Positions 39,161 through 51,479 of a DNA stretch of 64,000 bases are shown piece by piece. The position numbers and the translations under genes are program-made. The notes below the pieces were generated by a model, which saw nothing but the letters and a program-made list of their open reading frames with translations, did not search any database and was not told the origin of the DNA. Numbering within the stretch: the first letter of the stretch is position 1; the number at the start of each line of letters is the position of its first letter. The DNA comes from Octopus vulgaris (Eukaryota): NCBI GenBank assembly GCA_951406725.2, contig OX597815.1:97836001-97900000 (forward strand). Direction: 5' to 3'.

Positions 39161-39877
39161 ATATATTTAAAATTAAAATAAGTTAGTATTATCTTTAAAA
39201 AAATAATAATAAAATCGCCAGCTAACAAACCAAATACGCAAAATATATATTGAAAGTCAGAGTACAATATGTACCTGTTTTGTAGAAAAAAGATTCAAAG
39301 CTCTCCAAAGTCACGCATCTCTCACTATATGTAAACATGCACGGAGAAAGCAGCAAATATATATATATATATATATATAAATATATATTTATATATATAT
39401 ATATAAATAGTTGTCCTTATTTGTAAAACTACAAAGAGGAGGGTAGTTGTCAGTTGATTTCGCTTTCTGTGCCGAATTGACACTTATAGCACATTAGCTA
39501 GGCTCATTACGTAAAATATTTTTAAAGAATATATTTATCAATTCGTGCGCGTCTGTTCAGCTGAAAGCCCCACGACTTCCAAGACGAACATTAGCGAGCA
39601 ACTATAAATTCAAAGTTCAAATAGATAATCATTATCTTTAAAAAAAAATGATAAATTGGCCAACAAACACAATCCAAATGGGCAAAATATATATTAAATG
39701 TCAGGGTACATATAGTGAGAGACGCTTGGTTTTGGAGTTTTAACTCTTCTTTCTAGCAAACAGGTGCATAATGTACCCTGAAAAGACGGTGCTGCAGAAT
39801 GGTCACAGTCAAACAACTGAAACAAATAAAAGAATAAAAAAGAATATTTTTATATAAGTGTTAGTGTATATGTATAC

Positions 39878-39921
<44 letters not shown>

Positions 39922-39926
<5 letters not shown>

Positions 39927-40180
39927 CATGTCCTAACAGGTTTTTGATCTCACGATCGTGACATCCTGGGTTCAATTCCTGAACCGGGAGGTGCCTTGTG
40001 TAGTTGAGCAATAAATATTCATCGCATGCTGCTCTACGATCACTTCGATACCTGATGTGTGGCACACAGTGCACTTGTTCAGGCAACATCGATTTGATGC
40101 AGGTTGTGAGCATCTGCATTTGATCACTATAAACATATCATGTGCTCAGGATGTTCTGCAAGAAATTGCAGAATCATCTT
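39922..40180 (+). mobile_element. SINE family C copy
   Basis: GGGTTCAATTCC B box, TTGAGCAA, CACTTCGATACCTGATGTGTGGCAC shared with the 18640 and 38810 copies. Confidence 0.7.
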
Positions 40181-40585
40181 TACTGGACTATGAGAGACTA
40201 CCAGCATGTGTGTATGTACATGCATATGTACATACAGGTATACAAATACCCAGAAATATATATACGTATAAACCCATACATACACATGTAAATATGTATA
40301 TGTACATAAGATAAATATATTCATTGTACGTATTCCTATAAGTAATTGTTTGAATTGTTTTTGTTTGATTTTTTATAATCAGTGAATATCATTAAAAGCG
40401 TATTTCATTTTATACGGTTCCAATTTGCACGAACTTGCATAGAACTAGTCTACCTGAAAATCAGATCTTCTGAATGTGTGAGTATGAAAACAAGCATACA
40501 TATGTACGCGCGCGCGCACACACACATATAATAATAATAATAATAATAACAACATAATAATAATAGTGGTATATATATATATATA

Positions 40586-40979
40586 TTAGCAGTATCGCCC
40601 GGCGTTGCTCGGGTTTGTAAGGGAAATAACTATATAAGCATTTTTAGAGATGTAAAGTATAATAGCCATCTCAATATGGCTAACCACAAATGGGGTGTTA
40701 CTGTAGCTTTTTACGTTCTGAGATTTAATAATACATTTTTAGAGAGTTACTTCCCTTATTTTATAGCAAAAAAATGCATTAAAAATGGGAAAAAATGATG
40801 GTAATTTTTTTTTTAAATCGTAGACTCATTGTAGACGCGCGCTAATACCCAGAAGGGCTCAATATGAATCACGACTATAAGATACCCGCTTTTGCTTACA
40901 CTTCACCGCAAAATGTGGGAGAAGTTAGGAATCTAAATCGTAGGAGACAGACACACAACTTCACTTTTATATATAAAGA
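40586..40979 (-). mobile_element. Non-autonomous Helitron, about 394 bp
   Basis: Minus strand A|TCTTTATATATAAAAG... and ...CCCGAGCAACGCCGGG hairpin-CGATACTG-CTAA|T; no TSD, inserted in (TA)n. Confidence 0.88.
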
Positions 40980-41044
40980 TATATATATATATGAATATAT
41001 ATATATACATGTGTATGTATATATAAATATATATATACATGTAT

Positions 41045-41077
<33 letters not shown>

Positions 41078-41146
41078 ACGCGCGCGTCTGCACACATACA
41101 CACACGCGCCCACATATACATACATATGTATATGTATATATATATG

Positions 41147-41236
<90 letters not shown>

Positions 41237-41299
41237 TGTATGTGTGTGTGTGTGTATGTATGTATGTATATATATACACACATAATCATTGAAAGTAAA

Positions 41300-41692
41300 A
41301 GTAAATAATATAGAACGATTTTTATCCGATCGTCTACCGTCAATTTACCATTGCTCGTTCAGTCAATACCAAATACATATCCCATCGATATTTAAGGAGG
41401 TAGAGTCGATCAGACAGCAAGGAAAAACAATTCTGAAGTATATATAACCAAAATAACTAATTCTTTGGAATTTTTGGACCGTTATTATTTTTCTGTTTGT
41501 CTTAGTTGTACACGTTTCCATTCATCTATCGGAAGTACTAAAATCCTACTCGTTATTCTAAACCTTTCACTTTTGTTAATTTTTTATTTATTTTTACTTC
41601 CAGCCATATTTATTCAATTTCGTCAGCATTCGCTAAAGCAATTCTTATGATTTCCCAATTCGAAAATCATAATAAAATACTTCTCTTCTGTG
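41300..41692 (+). repeat. Unclassified dispersed repeat of about 390 bp, copy 1 (copy 2 at about 55899-56292)
   Basis: Colinear shared blocks GTAAATAAT.AGAACG, CAATTTACCA, GTCGA.CAGAC, GTCAGCAT, TATGATTTCCCAATTC and TCATAATAAAAT. Confidence 0.8.
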
Positions 41693-41746
41693 ATTTACAT
41701 AACAACAATACTTTCATTCAAAACCAATCAACAAAATGTAACCCTT

Positions 41747-41806
<60 letters not shown>

Positions 41807-41815
41807 ATATGCATT

Positions 41816-41852
<37 letters not shown>

Positions 41853-41884
41853 TGTATACATATGTGTATGTATGTATATGCATA

Positions 41885-41918
<34 letters not shown>

Positions 41919-42386
41919 GTATAAATATATAGATGAATATAGATATAGATATATACACATATATATATGAATATATATATACACGCGCGCCCACATACAC
42001 ATACAAATATTGAATTGTGTCGGATGAATGAGAGAGGAGCACTTCTGCAGATCCCAGATCAAGCAGCGTGGTAAAAATTCAGATTCAATGAACTGTAATT
42101 ATATAATACGCATTTTCAATTAAAGCAAATTCCAGCAGACATGCGTGTTTCGTGGAACTTTTCATGAATAAGCAGGTGACCTTCTTCTTAAAGGGAGCAC
42201 CACCTTGAAAGATTGGATTTATAGTGGGAGAAATTGATACTGTTAAGTCTAATACCTATGCAATTGGAAACTTTTGCCGAACCGCTAACTTGCCTAAACG
42301 TAAATAAACCAAGACCGGTTGTGAAGCGAAGCAAAGGACAAATACAGGCACAGACACAAACAAACATTTGCACCCCTGCATATATA

Positions 42387-42538
42387 GGCGTGAATATGTG
42401 GTAAGAAGCTTGCTTCCCAACCACATGATTCGGATTTCAGTCACACATTGCACATTCAGCAAGTGTCTTCTACTATAGCCTCGGGCTAACCAAAGCCTTG
42501 TGAGTAGATTTGGTAGAAGGAAGCTGAAAGAAGCTGTA

Positions 42539-42605
<67 letters not shown>

Positions 42606-43027
42606 ATGTTGTGTGTGTGAGAGTCTTTGCATCTGTGTTTATCCCCACTCCATTTGACGACCGATGTTGGTGTGTTTTTGTCCCCGTAACTTAACGAAGA
42701 GAACTATAGAAGTCACTGGGTAGATTTGCTTGATTAAAAATCCCTTAATAGCTGTGCTCCATCAAGGCCACAATCAAATGACTGAAAGACGCCCGTCGTA
42801 TATATATATATATGCGTGTGTGTGTTTGTGTGTCTGTGTTTGTCCCCCTAGCATTGCTTGACAACCGATTCTGGTGTGTTTATATCCCCGTTACTTAGCG
42901 GTTCGGCAAAGGAGACCGATAGAATAAGTACTGGGCTTACAAAAGAATAAATCCCGGGGTCGAGTTGCTCGATTAAAGGCGGTGCTCCAGCATGGCTGCA
43001 GTCAAATGACTGAAACAAGTAAAAGAA
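42387..43027 (+). mobile_element. SINE family A with a second, younger-looking 3' half appended (about 42790-43027)
   Basis: Head at 42387, first tail ends about 42789, then GCCCGTCG(TA)n(TG)n...GGCGGTGCTCCAGCATGGCTGCAGTCAAATGACTGAAACA. Confidence 0.85.
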
Positions 43028-43834
43028 TATATATATATATATGGCAAATGAAAGACGGAAGATGGAATATACGAGAATTTATTATTAATCACGACTATTG
43101 TTTCCACACATCTAGCATCGATTCCTCATGGGTGGGGCCTTCAATAACTGGTTCAGGAGCATCCAGTGCTGCAGATGTATCTCGTCGGGTGATAAATAAA
43201 TACAACTCGTTAAAATAACTGTTCCGTAATGTAACTTATTCCTTCCCGTTTGTAGAAAGACAAGCAGCCAGACGGAGGAAATGTCTTCATTTATATAGAA
43301 GATCAAAGATAAAATCACAGACGGCAAAAAGAGAAACGAACATGTAGTCCAGCGAGAAAAGTATCAAAAATAACCGTTAACAAATATGGATGTATAAACG
43401 CTTTTGGACAATCTGCATGGCGCGAACACACACGCTTATACAAGCATACGCACATGTGAGGTTTGGTACACTCATGACCACAAAGCGAGTTAGCTATCGA
43501 CTTCGTGTTTGTAAGAATCGGTAAATTAAAAGTAAACTTAAGTCATCCATACCTTAAAGTAAATTAAATTATGTTAACGGTTACTCGAAATCCATTCTCA
43601 CTGCACAGTGCAAAAGTTCATTAATATGCGTGTAGGCATCTCTAATGTCGTTCCGAAATTCTATTAATGATCTTCTCGTTAGTCCACAGAATAGACAGGG
43701 ATTCCTCGTAGCAGAGACGGCATCTCCTGGAAATTAAATTGTATAGTATCGCGTAACTTACTATGGACCAATTTACGCTATACTTCATTTTATCCTCCTT
43801 CAGTCGCTATACAAAATCTGCAGTATATATTTCA

Positions 43835-43903
<69 letters not shown>

Positions 43904-43929
43904 ACAAACACACACACACATATTAAGGT

Positions 43930-44470
43930 GTAATTTTATGTTCAGTTATAATAAAAACAATTTCACTTTAGTCTGAAGATTTACTAGAGACTTCCAGTTT
44001 TCAGCAAGCTAAGCCATCATCGAACTGAGATACTTCTATTGCAATCTTCGTTTTATCTGGTGTTTGTTGGCATACTTTTTCTCGTGTATGTGGAGGTTCA
44101 ATTGAATTGTAATTAGGCTTTAGGGTAGGTTCTGATCAGAGTGTTGTGGAGAGATGAATATTGATGAAATTGGCCAGAATTTATTCATGCATGTAGAAAG
44201 TTGTAAAAAGGTGTGTATATTTAGGTGTGTCAGTGGCAAGTCACAGAATCCTTTTTTTTTTTAAATGTTACACAAAAAATGTAGGTAGAGTGTTTTTGTA
44301 GTCAATTGATGTGTCGCAAGGTTTAGTCATTTTTGGGTTTTATACGATTTAATACTTTCCTTTGACAATGTAAAGGTCAAAATTCCCGCATTTAATTAAT
44401 AATTATTAATAAAAATTAATAATCGTCTGTTTCACATTTCATTTTTTTTTGTCATGGAACTATTAAGGGT
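43930..44470 (-). mobile_element. Possible degenerate PLE 3' end with a hammerhead relic
   Basis: Weak 'LLNxRxEI..C..R.K' resemblance near 44340-44400, and TCGATGA-T-GGC(TTAGCTT)GCT-GAAA within 43993-44023. Confidence 0.4.
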
Positions 44471-45163
44471 TCACAAACAAAATGCAAGTACATATATACA
44501 TATGTGTGTGTGTAAACATACATATGTATATATATATATATATATGTATGTATTTATATATATATATAAATATGTTTGTGTGCGTCTATATGTGTATATA
44601 TATATATCTCTTATTATAAAAGGCAGATTTTATCTGCCTCCCTTTGTAACTTATAGAAATCTACAATATAGGATTTCTTCAATTACAATTTACCTAGCAT
44701 TTTTAAGAGTAGAATGCATCGGGTCATGCCAGGTCCAGTTTTTAAAATTTAAACTCCAATTAAGCAAAATTTACAGAAAACTCACATTCTGGTGTGTATG
44801 TCAAATGCTTTTCTTAATGTGGTTTACACCACACGCACACGCACACACACAGTGTGCAACGAATAAAATGAAAGTAAATAGCGACAGAGTGATTTGAGGA
44901 AGACTAAACTGAAAGTATTTAAACCACTACTCAAAAAATAAAAAAACACAGCAAACAGAAACAAATAAATACATAACGATTTACTCCTCACACAATTTCT
45001 TCAATTAGAGTTTACCTAAGATTTTTCAAAGTACGCCATTCGGTCATGCCATAATATATTTCTTTCAATTTCACCCCCAATTAAGACAAAATTCGAGAAA
45101 ACTCAATATTTCAACATTTCACTCCGAAAGCATTGATGTACATGTGTGCGTGCGTGAGTGTGT

Positions 45164-45195
<32 letters not shown>

Positions 45196-45875
45196 TTGAT
45201 GGGTTGTGCGACACAGAAAGTGTGGTGTGTAAGTGAAGTGCTTTTGTTAGTGTGTGTAAAGAGACAGACAGAGTGAAAGACAGAAATAACTGAACTTTTT
45301 TTATTCACTTTTTGTAGTGAGTGACTGAGAGAGAAAAAGAGAGAGAGAGGTTATGTATGTATATATGTATGTATGGCTTCAGTGACACACACACACAAAA
45401 ACACATACCTACGTACACCTAAAGCACACACACACACACACACACAAGCGGAGCGCGAACTTCAAAATTTTGGTAGTATTAATTTGCGAGCGTACTTCTA
45501 AGCGCGCGTAATTGAAAGTTTTCACTATGATATCATCACGTGCGAAAAAATTCGAAGGGTTTTGAACAATTGAGATACAGATGTCACGCCTGTATTGAAA
45601 CTATTGCTAAGCTGCCGTAATTGCTTAATTAAGACTTTGTTTAAATTGAAAGGGGCAAATATGTGACGAGGTTGAAAAAAATTACCCTAGAAAAAAAAAT
45701 GTACTGCTGGTATTTATATAATTCACTACTATTTTGCTACAATGTCATGAAAAAGAAAAAATTTAGGTATGTAAATCGAATTCGCCACCCCCTTTTCCCC
45801 GTTCGCGTTTGTGTAAAAAAAATTATTATTTAAGTTTTAAAAATTATTTACTTTGTTCAAAAGATATTAATATTA

Positions 45876-46487
45876 ACATGTCCAGCTTCCAACACCACAA
45901 CTGAAGACCAAAGAGGTGCGAAGGCCGCAAGAAAGGAAAGGCACCCTGGAATTGATGGGAAGCAGGAGGTAAAGGGTGACAGAATCAAGGCTAAAGGAAG
46001 CCCTGTCCAGAGAAAGCAGCGGGACCCCAGCAAAAACTGTAAGGGCAGGGAAAGAAACACCTGCAAATTCTACCTGAGGGGGGACTGCTGGTACGGCGTT
46101 GAAGGTGCAAACTGTCGCTTTGCACATCGGAGGCCCTACCAAAACCGCACGGACGCGAGACAGAGGTCCCTCTCTCAGGGAGAACAAAAACAAAAACAAA
46201 AAGAAAAAGTTAAAAGAAGGGAAAAAAGCGCACTGACCACTACTGAAAGACGGTATGCAGATGTGGTGCGCGGAAACCCAACAGGTGGCCAGCTTCACCC
46301 AGATGTGAGAAGGGCGGCAGCTGAACAGCAGTCTTTTTTGTGCATGGCACAAAAAATTGTTCAGCAGCTGACCTGGCTACAAGCACAAAGCTGGAACTAC
46401 CACCACATAAGGCCACCTCCAACAGATGCAGGATGGCCACCACAGACACCAACACCAACACACACACCACAAAAATATTTCTACTGA
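45876..46487 (+). CDS. LINE ORF1 C-terminal part with CCCH zinc finger (no start codon; truncated)
   Basis: Frame open from about 45876: ...ERNTCKFYLRGDCWYGVEGANCRFAHRRPYQ...RRYADVVRGN...KYFY*; continues into the listed ORF 46263..46487. Confidence 0.8.
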   Translation, partial: TCPASNTTTEDQRGAKAARKERHPGIDGKQEVKGDRIKAKGSPVQRKQRDPSKNCKGRERNTCKFYLRGDCWYGVEGANCRFAHRRPYQNRTDARQRSLSQGEQKQKQKEKVKRREKSALTTTERRYADVVRGNPTGGQLHPDVRRAAAEQQSFLCMAQKIVQQLTWLQAQSWNYHHIRPPPTDAGWPPQTPTPTHTPQKYFY

Positions 46488-49430
46488 ATGTAGGAGGGCT
46501 GCTGCGCGGAAACTGTAAAAAGAAAATTTCATTCCTGAGAGACCTTGTGACATGCAATCAAGCTATATGCATGGCACTCACAGAAACGCATCTTGAACCC
46601 GATATAGGTGATGCAGAAATACACATGCCGCAATATGCTGTCATACGCACAGATAGAAAAGGGAGGAGCCATGGTGGAGTTGCAATGTACATCCGAGATG
46701 ACCTAACGCCCCAGGTCCTGCTGTCATATTCAAACTCAGTATGTGAAACTCAAATTGTACACATAAGACAACTGAATATCGTCATATGCACTATATATCG
46801 CCCACCAGATGCCCCAAAACACTCAGGCATGTTTGAAGACTGCCTAACAAAAATAGGAGAAGTCCTCACCAACCTTGAACAGCACAACAGTGTATTCTTC
46901 ATGGGTGACTTTAACCTCCCCAATGTGGAATGGCCTGGGGGGCAGATGCTCCCAGGGATGACACACCATCAGCAGGCACAGGTGGAGTCCCTGCTCCATC
47001 TCACAAATGCCTCTTTCATGGAGCAAATAGTTCTGCAACCAACAAGGGCAGATAATATACTGGATCTCTGCTTCACAAACAATATGGATATTATCCATAA
47101 TGTTAATGTGATGCCGACAATGATCTCGGATCACAACATAATAGAGCTGTCTATGTATGGAACAAAAGCCCCTGCAGACACACAGCCTATACGAAGCACC
47201 CACCATCTCTCCAACTTAAACTTTCATAAGGCCAACTGGAAGTCGATTGAGAAAGAGATCCTCAAACAGGATTGGCCTGAATGTCTCTCCACACCGGACA
47301 TAAACATGAAACACAAACACTTCATGTCCATAATACAAGCCATATGTGACAAATATGTCCCAATGTGCAGGGCCAGCACACACAAGAACAAAAACAGGAT
47401 CCCTAGAGAAAGGAGGATTCTTATGAGACGACGGACAAGGATTGCAAACCGCCTGAGCAAGCACACCAAAAGTGGTGAGAAGTCTCGGCTCGAAAGAATG
47501 CTAATGGAAACTGAGAAAAGTCTACATCAGTCCCATGAAAAGGAGAGAGCAGATAAAGAAGCTTGGGTAATAGAAAATATAAAATCAAACCCTAAAGCTT
47601 TCTTTAAGTTTGCCAAAGAGACAGCCACAGTGCACCAGAGAATAGGACCTCTCTTCCAAAAAGATGGCTCTCTCACAGGAAACCCCACGAGGATAAGTGA
47701 AATACTGAACGAACAGTTCCAAAGTGTGTTCACTACACCTCTAGGACACAGGCAAGTAAACAACCCAGAAGAATTCTTTGCCACTTTACCAGCGGCCAAA
47801 GAGACAAAAATTGAGTACATCAACATCGAAGAAGATGATATCACACTAGCCATTGATGAGATTGACACAAACTCAGCTGCTGGACCTGATGGATTCCCAG
47901 CGATCCTTCTCAAATCGTGCAAACGAACCCTTGCAAAACCGCTACAGCTTCTTTTCAGAGCTTTCTTGCAAGTGGTAAGCTCCCAGTCAAACTGAAAGAG
48001 GGGGCAATATGCCCTATCCATAAGGGAGGTAGCAGAGCAGATGCTAAAAATTATAGGCCTATCTCTCTGACCTCACACATCAGCAAAGTCATGGAACGAA
48101 TAGTCCGTAAGAAACTAATCATGTTCCTTGAAGAAAATGACTTACTGTCTGACACCCAGCATGGATTTCGACCAGGTAGAGGCTGCCTAACACAGCTCCT
48201 GCAACACTATGACTGGGTGTTGAAACAGCTACTAAATGGCTCAAATGTGGATGTAATATATCTTGACTTTGCAAAAGCCTTTGATAAAGTCGACCATGGT
48301 ATGATCTGTCACAAACTGCGTGGTCTCGGCATAGGCGGGAAACTTGGAGAGTGGCTGCACAACTTCCTAAAAGACAGAAAACAGGCAGTTGTGAGCAATG
48401 GAGCCACCTCCAAGGAAACGCAAATAACAAGCGGTGTCCCACAGGGCACTGTCTTGGGGCCACTGATGTTCATAGTGGCCCTTTCAGACATGCCTTCAGT
48501 TGCTACGATGACCACCCTTGCTAGCTATGCAGATGACACAAAAGTCTCCCACGCAATACAAAACCCTGAAAATATTGCGCATCTGCAACATGAGCTGGAC
48601 ACAATATACAGGTGGGCTGAGGACAACAACATGCAGTTTAATGCAGGTAAGTTCCAGGCCCTGCGCTACTGGCACACAAAGGTAAATGACGTGAAGACTG
48701 GATACACTGGCCCAGGAAGAATTGCAATCCCTGAGTCAAAATCAGTGCGTGACCTGGGCATTGACATGAGCAATGATGCATCTTTCCAAATGCATATTGC
48801 TAATCTGGTGATACAATGCAGACGGCTAGCTGGATGGATTCTCCGAACTTTCAGAACAAGAGAGAAGGAGACACTGATGGTCCTATGGAAAACATTTGTC
48901 CTCAGCCGCTTGGACTACTGCTCCCAACTTTGGTCACCACACAATATAAAACAAACAGCAGAACTCGAAGCAACTCAGAGAAGCTACACAAAGAAAATCG
49001 TCTCAATGCAAAATGTCAGCTACTGGGAAAGACTGAAGGTATTAAACCTCTTCTCCCTGGAGCGGAGGCGGGAGAGATATGCAGTGATATACATCTGGAA
49101 AATCCTGGAGGGTCTTGTCCCAAACTTTGGCATTCAAAGTTACTCCAACCGCAGAACGGGCGCCGCTGCGTGGTGCCAAGGATTCCAACATCACCATCAA
49201 AATACAGGTCCAGATACTGCAACAGCTTGGGTTTCAGAGGACCACAGCTCTTTAACATCCTCCCTAAATGCCTGAGAGACTTACATGGTGTGGATGTGGG
49301 TTTCTTTAAAACTAAACTGGATCTCTTCTTGTTGGGAGTCCCAGATGAACCTACCTCACGACAGGAGACAGCAGCATCGAACTCCCTTGTTGATCAAGTG
49401 CCACGTATCAGAGGTGGATTCACAAACTAG
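46433..49430 (+). pseudogene. LINE ORF2, APE endonuclease + reverse transcriptase, split by two 1-bp frameshifts (about 47955 and 49158)
   Basis: LNVGGL, LTETHL, IYRPP, MGDFN, LDLCF, SDHNII (APE); NYRPISLTS, QHGFRPG, YLDFAKAFDKVDH, SGVPQGTVLGP, YADDT, RDLGI (RT). Assembled from listed ORFs 46340..47995, 47917..49275 and the end of 48816..49430. Confidence 0.93.
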
Positions 49431-49926
49431 TGTAGCTCATTCAGCGGTGGTGCCCCAGCATGGCCGCGGCCTTCGGGCTAAAACATTTTTAAGGATTTAA
49501 GGATTTAAGGATTAATTAATTTTCAAGAATTATTTAATTTTATTCTGTAAAATAGTAATTAATTCATTTATCTGTAAATCCGCGAGGTTGTTACTCAGGC
49601 ACCTAGAATGGTAACCTTCAACTAACACTATCTCCTCCGAGACCCTGCGTCGCAAGTTGACCAAAATTGAGAGTATGGTAGAAGAAGGGTTGCTCTTCCT
49701 TCCGTAGAACATAAAATTCAAATCGGACCATGTTAACACCAAAAATTATTTACATCAAAAAGATGCTTTTTTCCATGAAAATCCCTATTTTTTACGATTT
49801 TTTCACTGCTGTGTCGCCACTTTTCGGTGTATTTCGACCAGAAAAATGTTCACAAAATTTTTACTTTCCAAAATTACAATTCCAGCGGGTCGAAACAGAC
49901 CCGAGCAACGCCGGGCGATACTGCTA

Positions 49927-49969
<43 letters not shown>

Positions 49970-50360
49970 TGTGTGTATGTGTGTGTATACACGCACACGT
50001 GCTAATACTTGGACAGTGATGATGAGTGCTCAACATGGCTTTGGTGGATAGATATTACTTATTTTTTGGTTAACAAGGCAACCGATAATTTCATATGAAG
50101 AGACCTTCACAATTGCTCAAGCGATCCAAATGTAAGTTTAGGGACTTGTCTCCATCCAGGTGAAGATGCACAAACTTACACGAGAACGAATGGGATTTCG
50201 AAATAAACTTACATATCACGCATGGAACCTTATGACCATATCATATTTTATATCTGTCTTGCATAAATCCTGGATTTCTGTCTAAAAATGCGTTCAACAT
50301 AGATTTTCTTAATTATCTTTAGAATAATGCTCATGTAGAGCCATATCTAATATATATATA

Positions 50361-50682
50361 GGCGCAGAGGTGGCTTACCAACTAGATGGTTCCGGGTTCA
50401 GTCCCACTGCGTGTCACCTTGGGAAAGTGTCTTCTACTATAACCTTGGACCGACCACAGCCTTGTGAGTGAACTTGGTCGACGGAAACTGAAAGAAGCCC
50501 GACATATATCTACATATATATATATGAAGCTTTGGCTGTTATTTCTAGTGGGTGAATGGCCTATTATGGCCATTCCTTGATTGTGATGTTGAACTTATAA
50601 ATGGTCTATGACTATTTAATTTTTTCCCACTAGGCCGCTGGTGGCAAATAAATTCTACGAATTTTTTTGCCACCCTATATTG

Positions 50683-50740
<58 letters not shown>

Positions 50741-50913
50741 CATATGTACCACTAAATCCTATGCATCATGTTTTTCTTTTGATAAATATACCCTATCACC
50801 TACACCACTAAGTGGCATATACAGGTGCTTACAGTTATCAAGTATTCACCCTGAATTTTTTGTATATATATATATATATATACATACACATATAGATAGA
50901 TAGATAGATAGAT

Positions 50914-51001
<88 letters not shown>

Positions 51002-51210
51002 GTGAGTGTGTGTATAGGTTTGTATGTCTGTTTGTCCCCTAAAATCGCCTGACAACCTATAGTGGTGCGTTTACGTGGTTCAGCAAAAGAGACAGTAGAA
51101 TAAGTACTAGGCTTACAAAGAATAAGTCCCGGAACCGATCCGCTCGACTAAAGGTGGCATTCTAGCATGGCCGCAGTTACATAACTGAAACAACTAAAAG
51201 AATAAAAAAA
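50361..51210 (+). mobile_element. SINE family A head (50361-50505) and tail (about 51020-51210) separated by about 500 bp of inserted and microsatellite sequence
   Basis: Head ends ...GAAAGAAGCCCG; tail resumes TTTGTCCCC...GGTGGCATTCTAGCATGGCCGCAGTTACATAACTGAAACA. Confidence 0.7.
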
Positions 51211-51273
51211 ATATATATATATGTGTGTGCGTGTGTACGTTCGTGTATATACACGCACACACACACACACAAG

Positions 51274-51323
<50 letters not shown>

Positions 51324-51479
51324 TACATACATACATACACACACACACACACATATATATATATGCATATGCATATTATATATATGCGTATCTATATGTA
51401 CACTCATAGACTAACTTACACACTCGTATAAAGCCATAAAGATACACACACATATACTAACACAGATCTTCCTAATGAT

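Larger units (their letters stand above)
45876..49511 (+). mobile_element. CR1/L2-group LINE, 5'-truncated in ORF1, with complete 3' end
   Basis: ORF1 remnant, APE-RT ORF2, short 3' UTR with stem-loop and (TTTAAGGA)3 tail at 49488-49511. Confidence 0.93.
44607..49927 (+). mobile_element. Non-autonomous Helitron (about 1.7 kb own sequence) interrupted by a LINE
   Basis: A|TCTCTTATTATAAAAGGCAG start; end CCCGAGCAACGCCGGG hairpin-CGATACTG-CTAG|T; both ends in (TA)n; diverged internal repeat (about 44670-44790 vs 44995-45110). Confidence 0.8.
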
